Below, piece after piece: positions 8,548 to 17,041 of a stretch of 19,244 nucleotides of DNA. The notes beneath the pieces were generated by a model, which saw only the letters and a list, made by a program, of their open reading frames with translations, searched no databases and was not told where the DNA came from. The stretch comes from Bdellovibrionota bacterium (GTDB taxonomy: Bacteria; Bdellovibrionota_C; UBA2361; JBGSMV01), in NCBI GenBank assembly GCA_044356455.1, contig JBIKWF010000086.1, forward strand, positions 1 to 19,244. Direction: 5' to 3'. Within the stretch, counting starts at the first letter, position 1, and every line of letters starts with the position of its first letter. The position numbers and the translations under genes were made by a program.

Positions 8548-9219
8548 ATGGCCAAGGTTGCAAGTGCGGTGAAAAGCACTGAAGTCTTCGAGGCTCGCGG
8601 CGAGACGGACACCATTCGTCTTTGGGAAAACTACCGCGACCAGGCTCTCATGTGGCGCGCGATTGCGCTTCTACAGATGCCGACGACTCTCGTGCTTGTA
8701 GTTTTGTCGGTGGTGTTATGGATGACGCGCCACGTGACTTTGAATGTTCCCGCGAAACCACTCCCCGGAGTGTATTTGGCGAAGGAGATTCCCGACACCG
8801 AGTTTGTGGAGACCTCGACCGACTTTGTGAACCTCATCGCTTCGTATCAGCCGTCAACGGCTCGCCGGCAATTCAACCAGGCGAAGCAAATGTTGATAGA
8901 GCCGATGCTGAGCAGGTTTGAGTCAGAAATGATGGGAATTGAGCTCAAGGCGATTGAGCAAACGACCCGTACACAGCTGTTTTTTGCTGACCCCGTTGAG
9001 ACAAAGTTCGATCGTCTTGACGACAAGTCAGTGAAGGTAAGTTTTGTGGGAGACCGGTTGAAACTAGTCGCAGGACAAGAGTTGCCTGCCGAGAAGACGC
9101 GCTACACCGTGGTGCTGACCACGATTCCGCGTCATCCACTGAACCCCTATGGGATCGTGGTGACAAATGTGCAGTTTGAGAATCTTTCACGCGATCGAAG
9201 CCAAATGGTTCGTGAGTAG
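8548..9219 (+). CDS. traE: TraE/VirB8-like bitopic T4SS protein
   Basis: Single TM followed by a VirB8-like domain (FVNLIASYQPSTARRQF...TQLFF...NPYGIVVTNV). Sits between traL- and traK-like genes. Alternative TTG start at 8539. Confidence 0.75.
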   Translation: MAKVASAVKSTEVFEARGETDTIRLWENYRDQALMWRAIALLQMPTTLVLVVLSVVLWMTRHVTLNVPAKPLPGVYLAKEIPDTEFVETSTDFVNLIASYQPSTARRQFNQAKQMLIEPMLSRFESEMMGIELKAIEQTTRTQLFFADPVETKFDRLDDKSVKVSFVGDRLKLVAGQELPAEKTRYTVVLTTIPRHPLNPYGIVVTNVQFENLSRDRSQMVRE

Positions 9220-9253
9220 TGTGCCCGAATAGATTTGAGAGTGGAGTGAACGT

Positions 9254-10057
9254 ATGAAAGGGTCAATGAAGCAAAAGAAATTCGTGGTGGCGCTGGCAGC
9301 AGTAGTTACCCTTGGACTTCCCTCGTGGTCATTCGCGCGCGACGTCGACTACAAGGAAGGTGAAATCAAGGTTAACGTAAATCCTGGCGAGCCAACCGAA
9401 GTTCAATTTCCAGGGAAAATTTCTGGTGGCTTCAAGCGCAGACAGTCCGCTGTCTCCATCGACCGCAAGGAAGATGCGCTCATCCTCTTTGCCGGCGACC
9501 AGCTTGCACCAACCGGCGAGGCAATCATCGTACGACTCGATGACGGACGTTCCTATTCCATGCGTATTCTACGCGCGAGTGCAGACGCTCCCCGTGATCC
9601 TACCGTTCGCATTAAAGACAGTCGCGGCGGAATTGGCGGCAGCGAGGAAGAGGAACCAGCATACCGCGAAAAGAATTTTGCCTATGCACCACCAAGCCAA
9701 ATTAGCGGCTTTATGCGCGAAATGATGCTTGCGGCGGAGTTTGGAAAGGAGAAGGTCCAAGGGTACCGCTCAAATGATGCGCACAAAGGCGAGGTAATTC
9801 TTAACGACGGAACGATGGTCGCAAAGATTGACCGAATCTTTATTGGACCAAATCTTTGGGGATACGTCATCGATGCCGAGAACATGCTCGATACGACTCA
9901 AATTATTAATCCCGCGAGCTTCCGTCTTGACGGAACCCGCGCGATATCGGCTCGGAACTGGGAACTTGCTCCCCGGCCCATGAATGCCGAGCAGGAACTT
10001 GCCGGCAAAGAGCGCACCAAGATTTACATCGTGACGCGCGCGAAGCCGACCACGTAA
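9254..10057 (+). CDS. traK: TraK/VirB9-like outer-membrane core-complex protein
   Basis: Signal peptide, GEPTEVQFP, IIVRLDDGRSYSMRI, and a C-terminal domain (RIFIGPNLWGYVIDAEN...FRLDGTRAISA..WELAP...TKIYIV) typical of F-type TraK. Confidence 0.8.
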   Translation: MKGSMKQKKFVVALAAVVTLGLPSWSFARDVDYKEGEIKVNVNPGEPTEVQFPGKISGGFKRRQSAVSIDRKEDALILFAGDQLAPTGEAIIVRLDDGRSYSMRILRASADAPRDPTVRIKDSRGGIGGSEEEEPAYREKNFAYAPPSQISGFMREMMLAAEFGKEKVQGYRSNDAHKGEVILNDGTMVAKIDRIFIGPNLWGYVIDAENMLDTTQIINPASFRLDGTRAISARNWELAPRPMNAEQELAGKERTKIYIVTRAKPTT

Positions 10058-10096
10058 GGGTTAAGAGTAGGTTGATACTATTGTAAGAGGACGGAT

Positions 10097-11542
10097 ATGA
10101 ACCAGCGTCTACAAGATTTAGCTACTCTCCTTAAGAAGGATCGCAAAAGCCAGGTCATTGCCGGGGCGGTCGTCCTTGGGCTTATGTTCCTTGTCTTTGC
10201 AGAGCCAAAGAAACACACCCCTCAGCCCAAGCGCGACATGAAACTCGCACAAGGGTCGGGCGCCGGATCAACTGACGAGCGATACGGAGACTTGCTCACG
10301 CGTTTCAACTCCCAGCTCGATACGGTCCAGCAGCAAGCTCACGAAACGAATTTGCAGTTACAGCAACAGATCCAGCGTAACGAGGAATACGAAAAGCGTA
10401 CCGCTGAAATCTTCAAGCGTATGCTAGAGCGCATGGCTGAAACAGAAGCTGCGGTAGTGCAATCCTCTTATGCTCCAGGCGGCGGACCTAACGTAGGTGA
10501 TGGAAGCGGCGCCGGCTTAATAGCAGGCGCAGGCGCGGGTGGTCTTGATGGTACGGCAGGAGGCGCGGGATCAGACGCAGCGGCTGCGGCAGCCGGACTC
10601 GGGGGCGGCGCGGGAAGTCTTGGTGGAGCAGGTGGTCTTGGCGGAAATGGCGCCTATGGTGCTGGTGGCAATGGCCTAGGCGGCGGCGCTCTTGGAGCAA
10701 ATGGCTTTGGATCTGCCGGCGGACCCGGCGGCTACAATACCAGCGGTGGCAGCATGGGCGGCGCTCAAGCAATGAATGTGAGCCTCGGTGCCGACGGAAT
10801 GCCTATGAATCAGGGCGAGCCTGACTCGCCTGAGAGTTTTGGATTTGATGAGCCGCGTGTCGCGCCTCCTCCCCCTCCTCCAGTCAAGAGAAGCGCGATG
10901 GTAGGGCGTGGAGACTCGGTGCGCGTACAGCTTCTCGCGGGCGTGAATGCACCGACGGACGGAACGCCTTATCCAGTAGTGATGAAGCTCATTGGCGATG
11001 TGCAAGGTCCTGATGGCTCTAACTTGCCGCTCGGCGAAGCACGTGTCATCGCCGCTGCACAGGGCTCGCTCACGGACGGTCGCGCACTCTTCCGTTTGAG
11101 CTCGCTTAATTTAAGACTCCCCAATGGACAGCGTAAGGTAATCGACATTGACGGGTATGTGGTTGGCGAAGACGGCAAGCTTGGAATGGAGGGGGTGCTT
11201 ATTGACCCTCTCTCCAAGATCCTAGGAGCCGTGGCAATCGCCGGCGCCGTAGAGGGAACTGGCTCTGCCTATGCGCAGTCTCAGACCACCACCTACCGCG
11301 GCGTGCTTGGGAATACGGAGACAGAAGTTTCCGGCGACATCTTTAAGTACGGCGCAGGCAAGGGCGTACAGAACGCCTCTAAGGAATGGTCTGGAATCAT
11401 TAAAGAGCGCGCCCAGCAGATGGTCCCTCACGTAGAAGTACTCTCGGGACGCATGGCCACCGCGGTATTCTCACAATCCTTCGTAATTACAGACCTTTAC
11501 GAAGCTCTCGAACAAGGGAATGAGGAAGACGGGTCGCTCTAA
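10097..11542 (+). CDS. traB: TraB/VirB10-like core-complex protein with a Gly-rich linker
   Basis: N-terminal TM, coiled coil, Gly-rich and Pro-rich linker, and a TrbI/VirB10 domain (LLAGVNAPT..PYPVV, IDGYVVGEDGKLGMEG, PHVEVLSGRMATAVF). Confidence 0.9.
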   Translation: MNQRLQDLATLLKKDRKSQVIAGAVVLGLMFLVFAEPKKHTPQPKRDMKLAQGSGAGSTDERYGDLLTRFNSQLDTVQQQAHETNLQLQQQIQRNEEYEKRTAEIFKRMLERMAETEAAVVQSSYAPGGGPNVGDGSGAGLIAGAGAGGLDGTAGGAGSDAAAAAAGLGGGAGSLGGAGGLGGNGAYGAGGNGLGGGALGANGFGSAGGPGGYNTSGGSMGGAQAMNVSLGADGMPMNQGEPDSPESFGFDEPRVAPPPPPPVKRSAMVGRGDSVRVQLLAGVNAPTDGTPYPVVMKLIGDVQGPDGSNLPLGEARVIAAAQGSLTDGRALFRLSSLNLRLPNGQRKVIDIDGYVVGEDGKLGMEGVLIDPLSKILGAVAIAGAVEGTGSAYAQSQTTTYRGVLGNTETEVSGDIFKYGAGKGVQNASKEWSGIIKERAQQMVPHVEVLSGRMATAVFSQSFVITDLYEALEQGNEEDGSL

Positions 11543-11605
11543 GGGCGCAAAAAAGGCTGAAGCAAAACGGGCTAACAAGCTGATTTCAGTGTGATGAGGA
11601 TGTGT

Positions 11606-12064
11606 ATGGTACGTGAAATGGTTCGATTGGTAGGTCTTGGAGCTCTTCTCGCTCTTAGCGCCTGCACGGCAACATCAAATGCACTTAACCCGCTCTACGA
11701 GTCGCCAAGTGAGCGCGCGCGCCTCGGAGAGCGTAATGATAACGCCCTCAATGGCACGCAGACCAAAGTAGACACTGCTCGCCAGGCTCTTGAAGCCATG
11801 AGCACCTATCAGAGAGCTGCGCTTCCTAAGCCCCAAAATCCTGTCATGCAGCCCGCCGTGGTGCGGCTCATGTGGGTACCAGACCGCCTTAATAAGAATG
11901 GCGATCTGATTCCAGCTCACTACTACTATTTGAAAGTCCTCAGTGATCGTTGGGCCGTAAGCGACGCCTTTGAACTAGAAGCCCAGCTTAATGGGCCTCG
12001 CGGCGGAACTGGCAACGCCCCGTCTAATATTCCTTACGTGCCTGCAGACGAGAAACTTCGGTAA
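11606..12064 (+). CDS. traV: TraV-like lipoprotein
   Basis: Lipobox LSAC and a TraV-type motif PVMQPAVVRLMWVPDRLNKNGDLIPAHYYYLKV...W. Follows traB. Start chosen by the SD GAGGA; the ORF is open from 11591. Confidence 0.75.
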   Translation: MVREMVRLVGLGALLALSACTATSNALNPLYESPSERARLGERNDNALNGTQTKVDTARQALEAMSTYQRAALPKPQNPVMQPAVVRLMWVPDRLNKNGDLIPAHYYYLKVLSDRWAVSDAFELEAQLNGPRGGTGNAPSNIPYVPADEKLR

Positions 12065-12069
12065 CTGAC

Positions 12070-12588
12070 ATGAATGCTCGACTTATCATCACCTCTGCCC
12101 TACTCGCCGTATGCGCATTGGCGTCTGGGTGCAGCTCACAGAAGGCGGAGAAGCCGTCCGGTAAGGCCTATAGCGTAGCGTTTAGGCAGCTTCCTCCTCA
12201 GCCCGTATACAATCGCGTGGGCTTTGCCCATCTTCCCGAGGTGGTTCCTTCGCGCGAACTTCCGCGAAGTAATGCGGCAAATCTAGACCCCGTAGTGCAT
12301 CTCGAGCTCAAGAATTCAACGCTCGAAGAGGCGAGCGCGGTACTTGCGGCGGTGTCTCGTTATACCAATTTTTGCTCGAGCACTATTGCTTCGCAGCGCA
12401 TCTCTCTCAACACGCTTGGCACGATGCAGGAACTCGCCGAGCAAATCGCAGTTGAGGCTGGGATTAAGGTCGTAGTCGACCATGAAAATAGGCAAGTTCG
12501 TTTTCTTACGGGTACCGTTGCAGCTGAATCAGATTCAGCGGAAGTGACGAGTATTGAAGAGCCCAAGTTTCTTGACGCCGCGGAATAG
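12070..12588 (+). CDS. Lipoprotein with a secretin N0/STN-like domain (DotD-like candidate)
   Basis: Lipobox LASGC, a Pro-rich linker, then the pattern VHLELKNSTLEEASAVLA...ISLNTLGTMQELAEQIAVEAGIKVVVDHENRQVRF. Confidence 0.6.
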   Translation: MNARLIITSALLAVCALASGCSSQKAEKPSGKAYSVAFRQLPPQPVYNRVGFAHLPEVVPSRELPRSNAANLDPVVHLELKNSTLEEASAVLAAVSRYTNFCSSTIASQRISLNTLGTMQELAEQIAVEAGIKVVVDHENRQVRFLTGTVAAESDSAEVTSIEEPKFLDAAE

Positions 12589-12670
12589 CACCACCTTACG
12601 TGTGGTGCAGGTAGCGTAGCGCAGGTGGAACGGGGGCAAAGGTTTTAGTCTGTGCGAAGGACGTGGGTCT

Positions 12671-15412
12671 ATGAGTATCAATAGGTTAACAAGAGAGCGG
12701 CTCTTTGCAGACGATCGCCTCTTTAATAAGCTCCTGCCATTCGCCAAATACGACGAGGAGCATCAGATTTTTATCCATTCTGATGCCTCCCTCTGGACTA
12801 TCTTTGAACTTCAGCCTCTCTGGATTACCAAAACCTCCGACGCCGAGGCTTTTAATCTCACCGAGTCCGTTCAAGAGATGCTCGACTCGCTAGACCCTTC
12901 CTTCAGCGTTCAGGTGAGCTGGATTACGACTTTTGACGTAGAGAATCTTCTTAGGGACAACATTAATCGCTACCCCGTGTCAGGCCCTGCCGGATGGATG
13001 GCAAGACGCTGGGTACGCATGCTGCGTAATGCGTCGCGTGGCGCTGCAGTAGGCCGCCGCCCAAGGCGCCTGCGCCTTATCATGGCCTTTCGCTATGACC
13101 CACCTTGGAGAGGCCGTGGCTTCCTTCAAAAGATTCAGCAACAAATCGAGCTCGTGATCTTTGGAAAAGTGGGCGTCACGGCACATCAGCGCCGCACGGA
13201 ATATCAGGGTCACGCCAATAAGATGAAAGGCGAAATGACCGGTAAAGCGGCCAAACTCGCCGATCTTGGATTTCGGCCCAAAAAGTTAGGCGGACAGGAT
13301 TTGATTGACCTGCTCTATCCCCTGCTCAATAGGCGCAGTGTGAAATCAGGTAAGTTCAAGCGCGGCAAGTCTACCGCAGTAGCAGTGCCCACCTTTGACA
13401 GTGGAGATTTCCTTTCCAATCAGATCTCGGAAACCTCCATGGAGCATCCCGCCAACGGCATTATCAAGAAAGACGGGCGTGTATATCGCTCTATCTCAAT
13501 GGTGAAAGCCCCCAAGCAGTGTTTGCCACTGATGGTTACGCCTCTCCAGAGTTTCCCTTACGAAAATATCTTGAGCGTCACGTACTCAAAAGACACACGC
13601 GAGCAGCAGCTCGCGAGACTTGATCGTCTCGACGCCACCATGGGATTTCGTGAGCGCTCAAGTATGGGCCGCTCCAATCAGAAAGTTTTGCATCAGATCT
13701 CGTCCATTCGTTCGGCGCGTCAAGAAATCTACAACGGTTCCGCTCAGATCGTACGTGCAGGCGTGCATCAAACGTTCATCTGCCAGAATGAAGACGAGGC
13801 AGTGCGTGCCACGGCCGAAGCAATTGCAACTTTTCCGCAGCTTAACGGCGCACGCGGCATGGTGCATGAGATCTCAGACCTTGCTCTCATGGTAAACAGC
13901 TTGCCTGGCTGTTATGACCCAAGCACTGACGGTGCAGGATGGACTAACATTCTCGTCTCTTCGCGCGCCGTGCGCATGTTCCCTCTTTGGGGAAACTGGA
14001 AGGGCTCCGAAGGTTCTCAGTTTGTACTACCCTCTTTGTGGAACCGCGAGCTTGTTGGTTTTGACCTGTATGATTCCAACGTAGCACCGAATACCCTCAT
14101 CAGCGGTGTTTCCGGAGCAGGAAAGAGCTATTTGCTCTGCTACATGCTTCTGACCATGAACCGAGGTCACTTTGCCGCGCTTTCTGATGGACGCATGGTA
14201 GAGCGTCAACCCATTACCTTCGTCTTTGATAAAGGAATGGTGGGGCAACCCTGCGGCTTCGACAAAGTAGCAAAACTCTTCGGCGGACGAATTTACGAAG
14301 CTACTCCCTCGAAAGCGCCTGCGATGAACTTCCTCGCACGTCTCGGCGAGACGCCGGCAGATAACCGCAATGAAGACTACAAAGATCTTCTCGATATGTG
14401 CGCCGATATCATCGGCGATATGGCAACGGACCAAGGCCGATCGATCGACCGCCTCGAGCGCCAGTCGATTATTGAATCTTTGACTGAAACTCACCGCTTG
14501 TATCGAAACGGGCCGATGCGCCGCGAGCTCATCTTAAGCGATGTAGTTTCCACCCTGCGGGCCCCGAAGCGAATTGAGGAGAATGAAGATTCCGCAAAAC
14601 GCCGCCAGCGTATCGCCTTACTCATCGCTGACTACTATGGCGATGGTACCTATGCGCGATTCTTTGATAGGCCCGGATCTCTCAAACTGAAAGAACGTTT
14701 CATCGTATTCGACCTCAAGGCACTAAGCCGAAATCCTGATCTTCAGCGAGTATTCCTCAAGGTTGCGATGCTTTGGGCTGACACGGTCATGAACGATCCT
14801 AAAGAACTCGATTGCCGAAAGATTCTTGTGTTCGATGAAGCGCATGATCTTATCGGTAAGACCTCGGCGAACACGATTGAAACTGCGTTCCGCCTCTATC
14901 GCAAGAGAAAGGGTATCGTAATTGCTGCCTCTCAATCCGGTGAAGACTTCTACGTGGGCTCAGGTGGACAAGCGATTGTGCAGAACAGTGCGCACAAGAT
15001 CTTCCTGCGTCAGGACCCCAGCAAATTCCATTATACGGCTCAGGCCTTTAACCTTACCCAGCAACAATCCAATGTAATTCTGCGGTTACGTACGGTTAAG
15101 GGCGTGGAATCTCAGTTCTTCATGGTTTCTGATATCGGAGAGGCGGCCCTTGTCCTGCCCCTTGAGCCGGCGTTCTACTGGATTAGCACCAACAATGGTG
15201 ATGATAATCAGCTCTTCGCTGACGCCGTAGAGGAAACCCAGGGGAACTTCTGGGCAGCCTTGGAGCGAGTAGTTCAGATTGCTCCTAATGGAGCGGCTGC
15301 GTTCCATCAGCGCCGCATGAACTCGCAGGCTACGGGCGTTGAAGAAGGATCGGATATTACGAACATTGTCTCTGGCCTCATAGAGGATGCCTCTAGCGGG
15401 GTTGGGAACTAG
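12671..15412 (+). CDS. traC: TraC/VirB4 family ATPase
   Basis: 913 aa. FNKLLPFAKYD N-terminus, WGNWKG, FDLYDS..APNTLISGVSGAGKS Walker A (14105-14128), FIVFDLKAL, VFDEAH Walker B, FRLYRKRKG and QNSAHKIFLRQ. Confidence 0.93.
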   Translation: MSINRLTRERLFADDRLFNKLLPFAKYDEEHQIFIHSDASLWTIFELQPLWITKTSDAEAFNLTESVQEMLDSLDPSFSVQVSWITTFDVENLLRDNINRYPVSGPAGWMARRWVRMLRNASRGAAVGRRPRRLRLIMAFRYDPPWRGRGFLQKIQQQIELVIFGKVGVTAHQRRTEYQGHANKMKGEMTGKAAKLADLGFRPKKLGGQDLIDLLYPLLNRRSVKSGKFKRGKSTAVAVPTFDSGDFLSNQISETSMEHPANGIIKKDGRVYRSISMVKAPKQCLPLMVTPLQSFPYENILSVTYSKDTREQQLARLDRLDATMGFRERSSMGRSNQKVLHQISSIRSARQEIYNGSAQIVRAGVHQTFICQNEDEAVRATAEAIATFPQLNGARGMVHEISDLALMVNSLPGCYDPSTDGAGWTNILVSSRAVRMFPLWGNWKGSEGSQFVLPSLWNRELVGFDLYDSNVAPNTLISGVSGAGKSYLLCYMLLTMNRGHFAALSDGRMVERQPITFVFDKGMVGQPCGFDKVAKLFGGRIYEATPSKAPAMNFLARLGETPADNRNEDYKDLLDMCADIIGDMATDQGRSIDRLERQSIIESLTETHRLYRNGPMRRELILSDVVSTLRAPKRIEENEDSAKRRQRIALLIADYYGDGTYARFFDRPGSLKLKERFIVFDLKALSRNPDLQRVFLKVAMLWADTVMNDPKELDCRKILVFDEAHDLIGKTSANTIETAFRLYRKRKGIVIAASQSGEDFYVGSGGQAIVQNSAHKIFLRQDPSKFHYTAQAFNLTQQQSNVILRLRTVKGVESQFFMVSDIGEAALVLPLEPAFYWISTNNGDDNQLFADAVEETQGNFWAALERVVQIAPNGAAAFHQRRMNSQATGVEEGSDITNIVSGLIEDASSGVGN

Positions 15413-15448
15413 GAAAGAGTAGGTAGTTGAAGCAGTAAGGAGAAGCGT

Positions 15449-15745
15449 ATGAGAGTATCAAAGGCAGCAATCGCATTAGCGCTAGTATCTGCCGCGATGA
15501 TAGCGACTGGTTGCTCGTCGAGCCGAAAAGTAGGTCTCGAGTCTGATGCACGCGCCCAAGTTCAGGTGATAAAGGCCCCTGGAATTGTTGAGCACGTGTG
15601 GGAAGAGCCCATGGTTGACGTCGTAGACGTTCCCCCAGGTCTGGATCCCGAAGGCACCTACTATCGCCCCGCGCACCAAGCAGTTGTTGAGATTCGTCAA
15701 GGTCGCTATCGTTACTATCGTGACCCTGAGCAGGAACAAAAGTAA
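15449..15745 (+). CDS. Small lipoprotein, second TraV-like protein
   Basis: SD AAGGAG, lipobox ATGC, and motif PGIVEHVWEEPMVD...DPEGTYYRPAHQAVVEIRQGRY resembling the TraV core motif. Confidence 0.65.
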   Translation: MRVSKAAIALALVSAAMIATGCSSSRKVGLESDARAQVQVIKAPGIVEHVWEEPMVDVVDVPPGLDPEGTYYRPAHQAVVEIRQGRYRYYRDPEQEQK

Positions 15746-15757
15746 GGAAACTTGGGT

Positions 15758-16270
15758 ATGAGTCTCATTAGCGTAAAGAACTTTTCGGCCCCCTTTACCA
15801 AGCGTGGATATCTCTTCACGTTGGTCTTGGTGGTGCTGCTCTTTGCGATTTTGAGAGTAAGTATTCGCACTGAGGTTCCAGATTTTAGCTCGAGAGCGGC
15901 TCTTACGGGGAACTCGCTGACTGGTAGCGCTCTTTACCCAGGCTCGTTTGGTAACGCCCCTGCGGCAGCACCACTTGCGCGAGTAGCTGCTCCGGCCAGA
16001 CGAGAAGCCCCGGCAGCTCCGAGTCGTTCAGGTTCTGAATCTGCTCTCCAGGGTGTTGCGGCTGCCGGATTTTTCGATATGGCTCCGTCTAGCCCTGAGG
16101 CCGCCCCTATGGCACGTCCGGTCCCCGTAGAGTCCTCTTCGAGCGATGTACTTGGGGAGATCCTTGGAACCTCAAGCGCTGCGGCAGAAAAGGCTGAAGC
16201 AGCGCGAGTTGCCGAAGGTCGTGATGCAGGGCAACTGGGCGACGTCGAGAAGATGGTTGGACTACGCTAG
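15758..16270 (+). CDS. Membrane-anchored Ala/Pro/Ser-rich hypothetical protein
   Basis: One N-terminal TM (YLFTLVLVVLLFAIL), a low-complexity body and a LGDVEKMVGLR C-terminus. The ORF is open from TTG 15752. Confidence 0.7.
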   Translation: MSLISVKNFSAPFTKRGYLFTLVLVVLLFAILRVSIRTEVPDFSSRAALTGNSLTGSALYPGSFGNAPAAAPLARVAAPARREAPAAPSRSGSESALQGVAAAGFFDMAPSSPEAAPMARPVPVESSSSDVLGEILGTSSAAAEKAEAARVAEGRDAGQLGDVEKMVGLR

Positions 16271-16379
16271 GAGTCTGTCCCGTAGAAAAATTCTACCACT
16301 ACATGCTGTGGTGGCAACGGGACAGCCCCCCTACGGATTGTGTCTAAAATGAGGATTTATGTTTCTACGGGACACATTC
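16271..16379. mobile_element. 109-bp MITE-like element with 18-bp terminal inverted repeats and flanking CTAG duplication
   Basis: GAGTCTGTCCCGTAGAAA (16271-16288) matches the reverse complement of TTTCTACGGGACACATTC (16362-16379) at 16/18 positions. CTAG occurs at 16267-16270 and 16380-16383. Confidence 0.65.
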
Positions 16380-16479
16380 CTAGTAGGCCTCGTCCTTCAC
16401 GCCGCGAGCAGAACCCAAGTGAGTGGGCTCAGTTACTTGTTTTGATCTTTCCAATTTTCATGTCTCAAGAGGAGTCCTT

Positions 16480-16974
16480 GTGTCGCTCGAAAGAATTGTG
16501 ATTCCCCGTGTCTGGCGAGCTGAATGGGGCACCCTCGTTGCACTTATCATCGCCTCGCTCGTCGCATTCTTGGTATCTGAAACCGCGCTCAGGGGCACCC
16601 TACGTGAGATATTACTCAGCAAGGGCTTGGCAACCATTACTGAGTTTCTTTGGCTCGTGTGGTGCATACCAATTGGTCTTTTCCTTCGCGGCGCTTACCG
16701 CATCTACAACGTGCGCTATAGCGTCGACGCACGGGCCATTGAAATGCGGCGTGGGATTCTCTCCTTCCAACAGAGCATTACAAGAATTCGGTTCGAGGAC
16801 ATTCGAAGTATTGAGGCTCGGCAAACGGTCTTTGAGCAGATGCTGGGAATAGGGAACATCGCCATTGGCACCGCGGCGAGCTCAGGGCTGGAAATCGGCT
16901 TTAGCGGAATCGCAAATCCCCGGGAAGTTCAACAGGTTATCCAGCAGGAACGGGAACTCAGGGAACGTACGTAA
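16480..16974 (+). CDS. Membrane protein with a bacterial PH (bPH_2/YdbS-like) domain
   Basis: Two TMs followed by RYSVDARAIEMRRGILSF..TRIRFEDIRSIEARQTVFEQMLGIGNIAIGTAASSG.EIGFSGIANP. GTG start after AGGAG; the ORF is open from 16423. Confidence 0.85.
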   Translation: MSLERIVIPRVWRAEWGTLVALIIASLVAFLVSETALRGTLREILLSKGLATITEFLWLVWCIPIGLFLRGAYRIYNVRYSVDARAIEMRRGILSFQQSITRIRFEDIRSIEARQTVFEQMLGIGNIAIGTAASSGLEIGFSGIANPREVQQVIQQERELRERT

Positions 16975-17041
16975 CGAGATAAAAAAAACGATTTTATCAG
17001 GTCACTTAGAAACACAGGAACGGCATAACACCCTTACGTAT

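Noticed and set aside
10474..10780. Gly-rich DNA as a tandem repeat or CRISPR array
   Set aside because: No fixed repeat unit or repeat-spacer periodicity. It is explained by low-complexity coding.
16865..17041. N-terminal extension of the SH3 protein given by the ORF track
   Set aside because: Overlaps the PH-domain gene. The signal peptide only makes sense from ATG 17042.
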